Origin: Octopus vulgaris
Lineage: Eukaryota
Reading direction: 5' to 3'
DNA: 64,000 nucleotides
NCBI GenBank assembly: GCA_951406725.2
Contig: OX597826.1
Coordinates: 46,872,001-46,936,000, forward strand
Both the position numbers and the translations under genes were made by a program. The notes below the pieces were generated by a model that searched no databases, had not been told where the DNA came from, and worked only from the letters and a program-made list of their open reading frames with translations. Shown here piece after piece: positions 25,255 to 40,506 of this stretch. Positions within the stretch are counted from its first letter, which is position 1, and each line of letters starts with the position of its first letter.

Positions 25255-26250
25255 ACAGCACCGGGCAAAAGGCTTAGCGGCATTTCGTCTGCCGTTACGT
25301 TCTGAGTTCACATTCCACCGAGGTCGACTTTGCCTTTCACCCTTTCGGGGGTCGATAAATTAAGTACCAGTTACGCACTGGGGTCGATATAATCGACTTA
25401 ATCTATTTGTTTCTCCTTGTTTGTCTTCTCTGTGTTTAGCCCTTTGTGGGTAGTAAAGAAATAGGTATTTCGTCTGCTGTTACGTTCTGAGTACAAATTC
25501 CGCCGAGGTGGACTTTGCCTTTCATCCTTTCGGGGTCGATAAATTAAGTACCAGTTACGCACTGGGGCCAATATAATCGACTTAATCCGTTTGTCTGTCC
25601 TTGTTTGTCCCCTCTGTGTGTAGCCCCTTGTGGGTAGTAAGAAATATATACTCTTAAGATTATGTAGTCCATTGCTAATCAAAGTGGGTGGCACCATCCC
25701 TTGTGGCATGGTGCAGTAGAAATTTCTATCTGGGTCTTTGCGCAAGGGGTTGTTGGTAAGACATTTAAAAATGTATCTTTTAATTGCAATATTTTCAATC
25801 AGAATCGTCGATATTTCGTCTGTCATTACGTACTGAGTTCAAATTCCGCCGAGTTCGACTTTGCCTTTCATTCTTTCGGGGTCGATTAAATAAGTACCAG
25901 TTACGCACTGGGGTCGATGTAATCGACTTAATCCGTTTGTCTGTCCTTGTTTGTCCTCTCTGTGTTTAGCCCCTTGTGAGTAGTAAAGAAATAGGCATTT
26001 CGTTTGCGTTTACGATCTGAGTTTAAATTCCGAAGAGGTTGACTTTATTTTCCATCCTTTCAGGGTCGATATATTAAGTACTAGTTGCGTACTGGGGCCG
26101 ATCTAATCGTCTGGCCCCATCCCCCAAAATTTCGGCCCCTGTGCCTAGAATAGAAAAGAATCGTTAGCACGCCGGGCAAAATGCTTAGTGGCATTTCGTA
26201 CAACTTTATGCTCTAAGTTCAAATTCGGCCGGGGTAGACTTTGCCATCCA
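25255..26250 (+). repeat. SINE family A arrays interleaved with a duplicated ~163-bp spacer
   Basis: Bodies at about 25279, 25464, 25811 and 25995. Spacer 25091-25254 is repeated at 25647-25809. Confidence 0.88.
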
Positions 26251-27051
26251 TAAGTCCATCCATACATCCATCAATACGTCTATGTGTGTGTGTGTTTGTG
26301 TGTGTGAGTGTGTGTGTGTCTGTGTGTCCGTCTATCTTTCTGCTCCTTTACACATATATGTATGTGCCTGATTGTCTATAAATTCGTTGTCTACACAAAT
26401 ATGTGTGTGTGTGTATGTGTGTCTATGTGTGTGCTTGTGTACGTGCGTGTACATATGTGTACGCATATTCATATATACCAATCTAAGATTGTCATCTAGT
26501 TTACCTTCGTTCGCACACAACTCCGTACTCCTCCAATGCCGTCCTCTTCCTCATCCTCCTCGTCGTCGTCATCATCATCGTCATCGTTCATATACTACTA
26601 CCAGCAAGCAAACTTCCTTACTATTACATAAACAGTTAGTCACCACTACCGCTATTGGTATTGTTATCACTTTAACTATACTATAACAAGACCGATCATT
26701 TCTACCAGCTGTATAACAACAACTGCAAGAACATCAACAACAACAACAAAATAAACGATAACGACCACGACAATAACAACAGTAACAACCTCATAAATAG
26801 TGCTATAGTCCCCAAAAAAGAAGGACTAGAAGATTGGCAGCTGAAAATAATATACTGCTGCCGTTCAAAGCAAGATGATGAAACAAATTGTTGGGAATAA
26901 AATTTGTAAAAAGCAATAAAATAAAATAAAACCGAGAAAATGGAAAAGAAAAAAATTCCACTGAAACAACAAAATGAATTCTTAGAACAAGAAATTAATA
27001 TACACATACATTTGTATACGAAAACATATATACGTATATATATATATATGT

Positions 27052-27084
<33 letters not shown>

Positions 27085-27363
27085 AATATAGATACGTACA
27101 TATGTATATGTATATGTACATATATATACATGTATATATGAATATATATATTATATATATATATACGCATATATATGAATATGTATATATACATATATAT
27201 ATATGAATATATGTATATATATATATATATACATATATTCATATATATTCATATATATATATATTCATATATACTCTTTACTCTTTTACTTGTTTCAGTC
27301 ATTTGACTGTGGCCATGCTGGAGATATATATATATATATGTTCATATATATATATGAATATAA

Positions 27364-27440
<77 letters not shown>

Positions 27441-27453
27441 AATACATATACAT

Positions 27454-27508
<55 letters not shown>

Positions 27509-28102
27509 GACGGAAATAGCTAAGCGGATGAACAACCAAAGAAAACAGGTTAAAGAAAATAAAGATCATCAATTAGGAAGGTGACAAATAAATGGAGAGA
27601 AAGAAAACAAAAAGAAAAAAAATAGAAAAAAAAACAAAGAAAAAGTCAAAGAGAGAAGACATTGAAATAAGAAGAAGGAAGGGAGGTAACTACAAAGAGC
27701 TAGAGGAGGTATTCTATGTATTTTGGTAGACTCTAACTGAATATTATGTATTCCATTTGTTTTCTTTGTAATTGTTGAAACATCATTTTGTGTTCGACAC
27801 CAGCCGCAATGTGTGTTTAATTTGATGCAATATTAGAATAAAAGAATATTAGAATAAGTGAATATTGTAATACTAGAATAGTTTTTAGTTCTAAGTATAG
27901 TTAAAGGGTAAATGACTCCTGTTTTTCTTTTTATTCTATATTCATTTTTACGTCGTAAAACATGAAAAGTTTTCACACATCCGTATACGCACACAGTCAC
28001 AAACAGATAGAAGTCTCTCTCTCTCTGTCTATCTCTCTCTCTCTGTATATATACATATATATACATATACATACCCACACACATATATATGCATATCTGT
28101 AC

Positions 28103-28153
<51 letters not shown>

Positions 28154-28336
28154 TATGCATATGTATCTATATACGCTCATATGTATATATACACACCTCC
28201 TCTCTCTCAAATGATGATCTATGTCTATATAGACATGTCAACACACTCATACGAATTCTCACATATGATCATTACCTTTAGAAAATGTTTATATTCATAA
28301 ATGGGCAGTGCCCTATTAATGTTTATATATGTATAC

Positions 28337-28387
<51 letters not shown>

Positions 28388-28395
28388 AATGTGAG

Positions 28396-28443
<48 letters not shown>

Positions 28444-29139
28444 TACATACATAAGCTTAAACACACGCACACACACAGACACATGCTTATGCACTGATAT
28501 CTATGTATGTATACTTATAAAGACATGTAGCTATCTTATTCCTTACATGCATGCATACATACATACGTACGTACGTACGTACATGTATACATACATGCAC
28601 ATACACACATACAAAAGCATGCACACATACATAACGTTCATACATTCTATCTGACAACTACATTGCTACGAATATTAGCGTAAATTGAGATGTGGAGAAG
28701 GTAAATGATTTAATAGGAGCCGTAAAAGATACCACTTAACTAAAATAGAATGATGGAATTGAAAACAAGATCCTTGTGTAGCAATATAATAATTGAGAAA
28801 GGGTGTGTAGAGTTAATGGTGGAGTAAGTTAATTAAAGTCTAAATGTTCCAAAAGTAAGTCTAAAAGAGCGCCAGGAACCACACCAGCTTCCATAAACAT
28901 ATATATCTTTCTTCCCGCTGAGCCTTTTCTACGTTGAAGAAAGAAAGGAACTATTTTAGAATTTTCAGCAGACTTTAGAATTTAGTCTTGTCGTTTGTGT
29001 TTGTTCTCTTAGGGTAACAAGTAACCCTAACCCCCTTTTTTATTTCAGGGAAATGGTGCCGTTTTCTCTCTCTCTTTCTCTCTATCTCTTTCCGTGCTCT
29101 GTCTGAAATATAAAGAAAACTCTAGAAAATGTATATCTG

Positions 29140-29600
29140 TCTTTTACCTTTTACCTGTTTTAGACATTGGACATCGACCATGCTGTAGCACCGACTTGAA
29201 GAACTTTAGTCAAACAAATCCACTCTGGTACTTAGGTATGTCTTCCTTTAAGCTTGGTACTTATCCTATCGGTCTCTTTTGCCAAATTGCTAAGTTGTGG
29301 AGAAGTAAAGAAACTAACACCAGTTTTCAAGCGGCATTAGTAAGGCAAACGCACACACACATACGCACACATACGCACACACACACATACACACACATAC
29401 ACACACACACACACACATATACGCACACACAAAGGACAAGCTTCCATCCAATTTCCATCTCCGAAATTCTCTTACAAGACTTTGATCAGCTTGGAGTTGT
29501 AGTAGAAGATAACTGCCCAAATTGCCCAAATTGTCTTGCAATGAGAGTGAACTCGAAATCATGAGGTTACGAAGAAAGTTTCTTAACCAAACAGCCATGC
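29140..29600 (-). mobile_element. SINE family B, diverged
   Basis: CTTGGTACTTATCCTATCGGTCTCTTTTGCC...TTCTTAACCAAACAGCCATGC. Confidence 0.75.
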
Positions 29601-29651
29601 TTGTGCCAATTTATTTTCACTTTAAATATAACAAAAGATATTTTGTTTTTG

Positions 29652-29901
29652 GATTTGGTTTGCAAGATTCTTTATATGAGTTCGTGTGTTGAAGCATATT
29701 CTGTTGTGTCTAGGGAGAGTCATTTTCTTTTTGTGCCTTATAATTTTACACACTCACATGTAAAATTTCAACTTATTTCTTATTTCTATTTTCCTAAAAT
29801 TTTTCGTTGCGTCTTGCAACCTTTTCAATACTGTGTGTTAAATTATACTATGTGTCTAATTATAAGGCACAAAAAGAAAATGACTCTCCCCAGACACAAC
29901 A
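29652..29901. repeat. Asymmetric inverted-repeat element
   Basis: Arms at 29702-29745 and 29858-29901. Same family at 39595-39840. Confidence 0.85.
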
Positions 29902-30547
29902 TAATATAACAAAAGCAGTATCGAAAAATATGTAAACACGTCTTCTGTAAACGTTGTTAACTCAAATGCCAAAATTGCTATAAAAACATAGTTTATGATA
30001 CATAAAATTAAAGCCTTTTTAAACGGAAAGAAGGGAAGAAGGGGAGAAATTATACTCATATTGGAAATCTGGACTAAATTCCACAAAGTGGATCTCCCTA
30101 GACATACAAGGTTAGATGGGACAATGAATTAAGGAATTTGTAGGGATACCGTATTTAGTTATGCAACCATAATATATTAAAGTATATCAAAGTATATTAA
30201 TATATTAAAATATGTTAAAGTATATTAATATATTAAAATATATTAAAGTATATTAAATGCTTTATAAGTCAATACTGTGATGAATTAAGTCTTTTTACTA
30301 AAAATAAGAAATTTGTATTCTCTAAACTTAGACAGTCCTATGAATTCCAATAGAATAGATCTTTCACGGAGTATTAATCAGGACGAGCACCTTTATATTG
30401 GTGTTTTCTCCTCCTCTCTTAACGTCAGCCCACTTTTAAGTCGATGAGAGATAAAACTAAGAAGAGCGCTAGTTTAAGTAAAGGTATCTTTCCTCCTCAT
30501 TTGAGAAGAGATTATTGGATTCAAAAGCAGCAGACAAACAATTATTC

Positions 30548-30606
<59 letters not shown>

Positions 30607-30619
30607 TATATATATATAT

Positions 30620-30825
30620 GTCTGGCACCTGTGCAGGTGGCACGTAAAAAGCACCCACTACACTCACGGAGTGGTTGGCGTTAGGAAAGGCATCCAGCCG
30701 CAGAAACACTGCCAGATCTGACTGGGTCTGACGAAGCCTTCCAGCTTCACAGACCCCAGTTGAACCGTCCAACCCATGCTAGCATGGAAAGCGGACGCTA
30801 AATAATGATGATGATGATGATGATG
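30620..30825 (+). mobile_element. SINE 3' portion with (ATG)n tail
   Basis: GGCGTTAGGAAGGGCATCCAGC...CCATGCTAGCATGGAAAGCGGACGCTAAATAATGATG. Confidence 0.7.
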
Positions 30826-30845
30826 CGTGTGTGTGTATATATATA

Positions 30846-30879
<34 letters not shown>

Positions 30880-30896
30880 CATACATACATACATAC

Positions 30897-30940
<44 letters not shown>

Positions 30941-31417
30941 CACTGCTATCTCTAACCATGGGCATCTACCATGGCATCTACCAAAAAAGGCCGAAATTAT
31001 GTGATCTGGTAGTTCCGGTGGCAGTAGTGGGTAATTATCTTTCGCTAGTTATTTCTATAAAACCGAGAACTTTTAGTACGAGAGCACCTGCTAAGTCAAC
31101 TAAGTAATTGAAAATGAAGATATTTGAATTGTGAAATAGCAATGCACCGATCGTAAGGTCCGAACACTGGACGTTTCTCCTGATTGTCCAGTACATAATA
31201 GGTTGAGCTGTTACTCTTCTCAAAAGCCAGAAAATGTATTTTATGCTGATTTTAGACTGAATAACATAGCTTCATATTTATTAGGCGTCAACAAGAATAT
31301 TGACTACATAAATGAAGTTAATTGGTTTCAACAAGCAATCGAAACTGAGTCGCAGATTCAGTACACTTCTCCTAAGAGTCTAATCTTTTTTCTTTATAAA
31401 ACTCATACAAATCTTCA

Positions 31418-31523
<106 letters not shown>

Positions 31524-31559
31524 AATGTATATGCATGTACACGCACTCGCGCACACGTG

Positions 31560-31610
<51 letters not shown>

Positions 31611-32576
31611 GTATATATATATATACATATGTGTGTGTGTGTGTACATATATGAACTCATATATGTGAAATATCTGTGTGCGTATGTGTGTGTATTCTTC
31701 TGTGTATGTGTATGTCTGCCGCTGTCTGTAAGATAAAGGACCAGCCAACGGTAGTGCTAAACTATGACACCATAGATAAAGGGCAGCAAGTACAAGTCGG
31801 ATACAAGGGAAGAAAGGAGAAAAAAAAAACAAAAATGGAAAAAAAATAATATACACACAAAAACACACACGCGAAAGGAATATAATAGACAGACCCCACA
31901 AGAAGAGCCAAGTTGCACTGTCTTCTTTATACAAACAAACAAAACACAACACTAAAGCACAAAACTCCAAACATACGTAACACGAAACATGCATACACAT
32001 ACACACACGCACACACACATACACACACGCTCGTACAAATAATATAAAAAATCGAACGAACCAACATTAATCATATCATTATTACATAACATTTACACTT
32101 GCCATAAGAAATCTACATGGCAATATTTATTTTATTCATATTGTTTTTCAAAGTTATGCCAACCAGCAATATGGCGGTTTACATCCATTTGACACGTAGT
32201 TAAGTTATACTATTCTCAAAATAACAAATTATGCATTTAGATTATGACTCAAATATTTATTAGTTTGTGTGGCGCCCTCTCCATTTCACTTAATATCAGG
32301 CACTAAATTTAGGAAAACGAACGTAGCAAATGTAATATCTGCTGGTTCTTTGAAGCTGCAAAGCGTTCTTATTATTTTGACACTGGCAATAAGTTAGCCC
32401 TGGTCATTGTTCAAAGAGAGTCCCTTTCTCCTGCAAGGCCAGCTCGCAATTCAATTAACGCATTTCTAAATTGGCGCTGCCAGTTGCTGCAGAAACAGCT
32501 ATTACACAAATTTCTTTCGTTTTCCATCATTTTCACACTTTCTCTCGTCCCTTCCTTCTCTATCTGAGTCTGTTTA

Positions 32577-32608
<32 letters not shown>

Positions 32609-32688
32609 CCCTGTTCTATCTTTATTTCTCTCTTTTCTCACTCTATTGATTTATATTCTTATTCTCTTATTCTCTTTACGTGTCTATC

Positions 32689-32795
<107 letters not shown>

Positions 32796-34301
32796 TACAT
32801 ATGCCTACATGCATACAAACGTGCATAGGTATATGTATGTATACATGCACACATACATACTACATACATATATAAACAAATGAATAGAGATAATACATGT
32901 ACAGATAGATCATATTTTCAACACATAAATGCATACACATATGTGTGTGTGTATCCACCTTTATGTCTGTCTATCTATCAATCAATCTATCTATCTATCT
33001 ATCTGTCTATCCATCGATCCATCCATCTATGTATATGTAGGTATGTATGTATGTGTACATGTATATATATATAGACATAAATATATACACAATACATACA
33101 AATACATTTATATGTATATACATAGATATAAAAATGTGCCTATGTTTATGTGTGTGTAACTGTCCTTCTTGCCCAGAAGATTATGCTTCATATCGTTGAA
33201 GGTTTCTTCCGGTTAAGATGGATCCAACATCTAATGAGTAGCAGTTATCTTAATCTATTATAAGGTGTAGCAGTAATTTCCGTCAACAATGATAAGGATT
33301 GCAAGATGGCAATGAGAAATTCCATGTTTATTTCTTTATATAGAACGAATTGCACGACGTATGCATGTTTCTATATAACGATGAACGAATATTCGGAACG
33401 AGGGTTAAGTGTATGATATCATTAGCACTTTCACTACATCATGTTTTCACCACTTGTTTTCATCTTTCTGGCAGTAAGGTTATTTCCCCTTTTTGTTACT
33501 GCTCAGTTCTCATTATATAAATATTTCAAACACTAGGAATAAAATTAAAATTAAATAATTTATTTTCATGTATAACGTCATATACATTTTAGTATGTAAT
33601 TGTATGTAGACCAATATGAATAGTTTATATATGTATATATATATATGCTATTTCCGGCATTGGTTCTGATGAAAGCAGCATTAATTTTCTCAGGGCGTTC
33701 AATTTACCTCAGTTGATCAATAGACCAATTGAGTAAACCTATCAGGAATGTATATATAATGACTACTAGAAACAGCTGTAGGCAAATTTTCCGTAATAAG
33801 GGAATTATATGTAATGACCATTATTTTTAACGTGTTTCTTTTATATATATAAACACACAAATATATATATATATATGTATATATATAGATAATGATAATA
33901 TATTCCAAATACATACGTTTTATTTATTGTTTTGCAATTTACTTAATCATCGATATTTTATTGTTATTTTATATATAATATTTGTATTATAAGTAATTTT
34001 CTAGATGGTGTAATTTAATTGTTCATTTTGAATTGAAAAAAGGTGGTTTTCTCTAATTTATATATATAGTACTTTATAACATAGTACTTCAGAATGTGCG
34101 TCGTGTAATGTTCTGAGACCTATAAATTTCTAAAAAGAATACGTATTCGCACAGTTGTAGCATAAATAATTGCAACACCGACAGATATGAAATATATCTC
34201 ATTTATACCTAATACTTCAAGCTTATTAACACGTACACCCTTTCACACAGACATATAACCACACTACAGACACACACACACATACACATACCTATATGCA
34301 C

Positions 34302-34357
<56 letters not shown>

Positions 34358-34484
34358 GTAAAAGTAATAGGTGGCTATTATTCGATAGTCTTATCATGGC
34401 TACCGAATAATTGTCACATATTACTTTTACAGATAAATTCCTCTATTTACATAATATCGAGGTCTGTTTCATTCTTTTGTTTAT

Positions 34485-34534
<50 letters not shown>

Positions 34535-34611
34535 ATGTTCATTTACATATTCGTTTACATATATATTCATTCATAGGTGCATGTACGTGTAATGTAATGT
34601 GTGTGTATGTA

Positions 34612-36079
34612 TGTTGTGACGAGAGTCACGACACCACCTGCGAGAATAGACTTGACCGAATGACCAAAGCTTAACTCTGCATACAATTGCAGAGTTGTAT
34701 CAAAGAATGGTAAATTTATGTCAGGACGTAAAGAAAATTGAAGAGGAGTTCTCATAAGTACGAGCATGTGGACCGGGAAGGTCTAAACAAAACAAAAATA
34801 ACATTCAAGACCAAACCCATGCTACAGATGTGGAAGGATTGTTCTTTCAAAATCCAAAATTGTTACAGTATCCCAAAACTAGGACACAAAAACTCACATT
34901 GCAGAACAAAATTAGGAAGTTTTCTCGACACAAAACAGAAGCGACACCGAAAAAAGGAAATTGGTACATGTAAAAATAAACGAATTGAATATTAAATTAC
35001 AACCAGATATTGGTAGCGGCATCTCGATTATTAATATCGACACGTGGATAAGAATTGGGAAACCTACGATAAGAAAAACATCAACTATTGCACGATGCGT
35101 GACAGGTGAAAACCTACGCTTCGTAGGTGAAATGTGGAGTGATATATTTCGAGGAAAAACCTGTAGGGCAAAAGTTTTCGTGGTAAAAAAACGCAACCAA
35201 TTTGTTCGGTACGGACTGGTTGGAGTTGTTTGACTTATGGGAACACCCCATAATTCTTGAAGGATTAAATTGAGAATCGACGAATTGTTGCCAAAGGAAA
35301 AAACGTATAGAGAAAATACAAAGAAATTCGACTAAACATTTTGATGTCGGAGACAAAGTCTATTTCAAAGTATACAAGAACGGTAAAGAGAGTTTGCAGG
35401 ATGGTGTAGTGACTAAAAGGATTGGAAAGATGGTGTATTTCATAAAAAAAAGCCAAGCCAACGATGGGAGCATGGATGACAACTAAATCAATTAAAAAGC
35501 AGCCTTACAGAAAAAGAAAGGAAATTCCAATGGTAGCATGCTCGATGTGCCAGTACTGAAAGAGATTGAGCCTAGGAGGAGAAGTAACAGAAAACGCAAA
35601 CAGACTGTAAATAATTCCTAAGCGGAAAAGGTACTGAACTCCTTAGGGAAGTTCATCATGTGAACATTTCAAAAAAGGAGAGGTGTTGGAAAGAAAGAAA
35701 GAAAGAAAAACATGAAATAAAATCAATTTCGTTCCCTACGGAAGTTGAAATCTCAAAAGAAGAGCTGTTGTGGGCGAGAGTCATGACACCCCCTGCGAGA
35801 ATAGATTTGACCGAAGGATCATAAATAGTAGCGATCTGAGTGAGGGACAGGAAGAGTAGGCGTTAATCGCAGGAAGTCGTAAGGTGTCGTTTTGATAGAT
35901 TGTCGGAATATCGTTTGCTGGTTCGTGTATAGTTCGTGGAGCGTTTGTTGGATTGTTACATTACTGTTACCCAGCTTTGTTATATGTTTACTGGTACTAC
36001 ATGGTAATAGTGTAAACAAGTATCGCCACAAATAGTGGTGATTCTACAATAATTGGAGACGAGTAAGTACGTTACAATA
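34612..36079 (+). mobile_element. Internally deleted Ty3/Gypsy LTR element
   Basis: LTR start TGTTGTG..CGAGAGTCAYGACACC at 34612 and 35766, decayed gag knuckle (KLGHKNSHCR), protease-like region, integrase C-terminal-like FDVGDKVYFK, and a purine tract before the 3' LTR. Confidence 0.8.
34961..35233 (+). pseudogene. Retrotransposon aspartic protease remnant
   Basis: LQPDIGSGISII (a D[T/S]G-like motif) followed by TWIRIGKP. Confidence 0.7.
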
Positions 36080-36099
36080 ATATATATATATATATATAT

Positions 36100-36525
36100 A
36101 CGAGCAAAACGCCACCTGTCCAATGGACGGTGCTGAGTTGTCAAACATTTAAACCGAATTTTCTCAAAACAACTTGTCCGACCGTCCCATAGGCTTCCCC
36201 TTAGAGAAACATTGATTTAACCTAAATTTGAGACACCAAACAGGCCGACTTTTTTGCGCAAACTGCACGTGCATTTTTCTCACGTACGCGTAGTATCGAT
36301 CGCAGCAGCTGATGTACTTGCGCGTACAAATGCACGTTCCCACGGCTTTATCGATCGCATTTTCACCTGGAATCGATTTTTGTAAATTTTCTCAAGACTT
36401 ATACACGCCCTGATACCGTTGTTATTTACATATCAAATTTGAGCGCAATCCGATAGAGGATGCCCGAGATCCTAGAAGACACACACATACAGACAGACAG
36501 ACAGAACGGATTTTATATAATAGGT
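36100..36525 (+). mobile_element. Helitron/Helentron-like non-autonomous element
   Basis: 5' hairpin CACCTGTCC aat GGACGGTG, CAAATTTGAG, (ACAG)n and a TTTTATATAATAG end, inserted in (TA)n. Confidence 0.5.
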
Positions 36526-37246
36526 GTATATATATATATATATATATAATCTGATGGGCTACTCACTAACTTTGAAGAGTAGAAATTCATTATATTTAAA
36601 CATGAATATTATTGATAGTGGTACAATCGTGGTAATCATGAGAATATATGAAGACAATGATTCTGAGACATTGGTTAGAGTTTTTTTTATCAACCAAATT
36701 AAGCACTACAGCGTTAGGATCTCTACCTGATTTCTTGATCTGCAAGAAATATCAATAACTTTTACAACGAAGCTAACTATTTTAGTTAATATAATTAAGT
36801 GCAGTTGGATAAACCATGTTTGAACATGCGAACTGGCCACAGATAAACTGAGGTTTCGAAACACTTGTACTATTAAAGTTGGTCTGATGTTTATTAAAAT
36901 CAATAACAGCAACAGCAACATCAATTTCTATTTTGATCAGATCTAATTCTTCATTATTCTTTTATTTTTTTACACTTACATCCGTTTCGATCTTTGAAGT
37001 ACGATCAAACCGGAAGGGTTTAGTCGTATTAATCGGCCCCAGAGCTATTTTTCAAAGGCATTCGTTTTGGCAGTCTCATTTGCCAAACCGATGGATTAGG
37101 GTGATGTAATTAATCCAATATCTGTTATCAACCAGGAGTGGAGTATACGAACGCAAAAACACAGGCACACATATATGTACATATGCATATACATACGCAT
37201 CTATGTCTATAGCTAGCTAGCCATCCAGCCTGTCAGCCATCCATTC

Positions 37247-37361
<115 letters not shown>

Positions 37362-37472
37362 GATATCGTGTATATTTAAACACATAAGGAATCCACTTAT
37401 AGGGATTCTACACGCTAGAAAGAACAGCTAGGTTCTATAACCACAAAAATAGGGGATAAAATTCGACAGGAA

Positions 37473-37515
<43 letters not shown>

Positions 37516-38384
37516 ATATCTATCTATCTATATGCGTCTCTTTCCATTTATTTGTCTGTCTGTTTGTACATCCATACATCCATCCATTATACCTATCTAT
37601 CTGTCTGTCTGTCCGTCTGTTTGTCTGTACGTATGTATACTTCCACGCAGTTTCCTTCTGTTAAATTTACTCCTAACGCAATAGTCGGCCCGGAGCTATG
37701 GAAGAAAATATTTAGTTACTGGAGGGGCCATGCAATGGGGTTAGTAAATATATATATTCTTTTTTCTAATCGTTTATAGACATGTGTGTTTATGTTAATA
37801 ATGTCGGTTACGGTTAGCAGTTAGAGAAGATAAAAAGACAAAAACAAATTATGCTGAGATGACAACGTCGAAAGTTGTTATTGGTGATGACAATAGGATG
37901 GTATAGGAACTTTAAAAGAGAAGTAAAAAATGGCAATGCGAAATAATTCTCATAATAAAGGCTTACTAAAGGAAAATGCAAGAAAAGAAAAAAAGAAGAA
38001 AAAGAAAGTAAAAGAACGCGTACTATTTATTCCTTTCAACCCCTGCGCACGTGTTGATTCGGTGGCTTAGCACCGGAAGTGCGCAGCTAACCCAGTACAC
38101 CACCTGCACTGAACAACACCATCAGTGTTAGCAAGAAAGTTGAGACGGCGTGGAGTGGAGGAATAAACGAAAAAAAAAACGGTACGTTACCGACATTCTT
38201 AGAGATGTGTAGAAGGAAAAAAAGAGAATGGTGATGGAGGGGAAGGGTAAAAAATAACAAAACTAATGACAATAAGATCAACAATATACACAATAGTACA
38301 AACGAAGGGTTTTGCCTATTATTTTTAGTAGAAAGAGAATAGAAGATTCCTGAAAAACAATCTACAAACTACTTGGTCGAAAGA

Positions 38385-38423
<39 letters not shown>

Positions 38424-38458
38424 TATAATAATAATAATTATAATAATAATAATAATAA

Positions 38459-38532
<74 letters not shown>

Positions 38533-39536
38533 AAAAATACAAGATGATGAGTAGGATTTTCGGAGATAATGGGTTAAATGATCTAAACAGTTTGGGTTTT
38601 CAAAACAATTAGTAAATTTTATGAGAATTTTATGACAATGCGAAAATGGCTAATGTTTCTTCAGACGGTTTAATGTCACTGACTTCTCTTGGGGAGAAAA
38701 AGCGAAAAGAAAAACTGAAATAAATAAGAAAATAAATAATGAAAAGATAATAACAATAAATAATAATACAAGAGAAAGAGAGAAAGGAACAATACGATTT
38801 CGTTTTATTTCCACTTCGCTGTGCTAAAAGTTGAAGAATTCCGGCTTGCAGCAGTGTTTAGACGAAGAAGGAATGTTGCGTTTAGATAGCGATCGTTTTA
38901 GTCAGCCATCTTCTTCATATGTTAGTTCTTGATGAAAATCAAGGGTATGTGACGACGTTAGAAGGAAGGAAAGAAAGAACGAAGAAAAAAAAAGAAAGAG
39001 AAGGAAAAAAAGAGAAAGAGAGGAATTTGCGACATTTGTTTGTTCGAAAACACAATGGAAGAAGAATGGTTACGGTTTGATGGGAAGGTTGGGAACTATA
39101 TAATATAGTTTCTTTTCTGTGATCTATGGAAATAAAAAAAGGTACGTTTGGGAATATTTGAATAAAGGACACAGTGTGGAAACGTACAACAATACAAAAA
39201 CTAGAATATGAAGAAGATAGCGAAAAGAAAGAAAAGAAAAGAAAAGAAAAAAAAAGAAAAGAACGAGGCAGAAGAATAAACGAAGAACGTGTCTGCCAAG
39301 TGAAGCAATCATGGAATTATTTAGATAGAAAATCCAATTCCGTTGTAATTCCATGTTTTGTTGGAAAGGAATTGTGTTCGGACATTTTAATAAACTGAAT
39401 GTTTCAGGATAGATATCGACTCACTAATATTATACATGCATATGCGCATATGCGTGTGCGTGTGTGTGTGTGTTTGTATGTGTGTGCGTGTACGCATAAA
39501 TACATAGATACATAGATACATAGATACATACATACA

Positions 39537-39594
<58 letters not shown>

Positions 39595-39595
<1 letters not shown>

Positions 39596-39840
39596 TGTTG
39601 TGTCTGGGGAGAGTTATTCTCTTTTAGTGCCTTATAATTTTACACACTCACCGGTAAAAGTTGCACTCGTTTACTTATTAAATATATAAATATATAAATA
39701 AATAAATAAGTAAATGAGTGGAAATTTTGCCGGTGAGTGTGTTAAATTATAAGGCACTAAAAGTGAATGAACTCTCCCCCGACACAACAGAATATGCTTC
39801 AACACACGGACTCGCATAAAGTATATTGCAAACCAAATGT
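39595..39840. repeat. Asymmetric inverted-repeat element, opposite orientation to 29652
   Basis: Arms at 39595-39679 and 39705-39790. Confidence 0.85.
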
Positions 39841-40081
39841 GAAAAAGAAATATATATATATGTACATATATATCTGTATAATGGCGGTGCCCCAGCATGG
39901 CCACAGCTCGGAGCTGAAACTAGATAAAATGAAAAAATGAAAATATACATACATACATATATATATACATATACAGACAGACAGACACACAGATAAATAA
40001 ATAGATAGATAGACAGATAGATGGATAGATAGATAGGTAAATAGATAGATATATACATAGATAGATAGATAGATAGATAGT

Positions 40082-40149
<68 letters not shown>

Positions 40150-40376
40150 CAGATAGAGACACAGGTATATATATATATATTTATATATATATATATAGAG
40201 AAGGAGCTTCTACAGGACTAGAACTGTTTCATTCAAGAGAAATCTTCAGGAATCACGATTTATTCGTAATCAGAGGCGTTCGTAAACCGAGGTACTACTG
40301 TGTTAAATGAATATGAGAAAGAGCAGATAAAGTACGATTTATTCATGATCAGAATTGTACGAAAGCTGAGTTTCTA

Positions 40377-40418
<42 letters not shown>

Positions 40419-40506
40419 TTACATACATATTTACATACATCCATCCATGCGTACATCTACATATATATATCCATATAAAAATATATGCTTAATATTTACA
40501 TGTTTA

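Noticed and set aside
29793-29832. TTGAAAA-G-GTTGC/GCAAC-GAAAAATTTTA (minus strand) as a U3-A8 hammerhead variant
   Set aside because: Stem II is good but no stem I can form in this copy.
30725-30760. CTGACGA in a hairpin as a hammerhead
   Set aside because: No GAAA segment or stem III.
40215-40255. CTGAAGA...GAAACAGTT (minus strand) hammerhead
   Set aside because: Stem II is marginal and stem I is absent.
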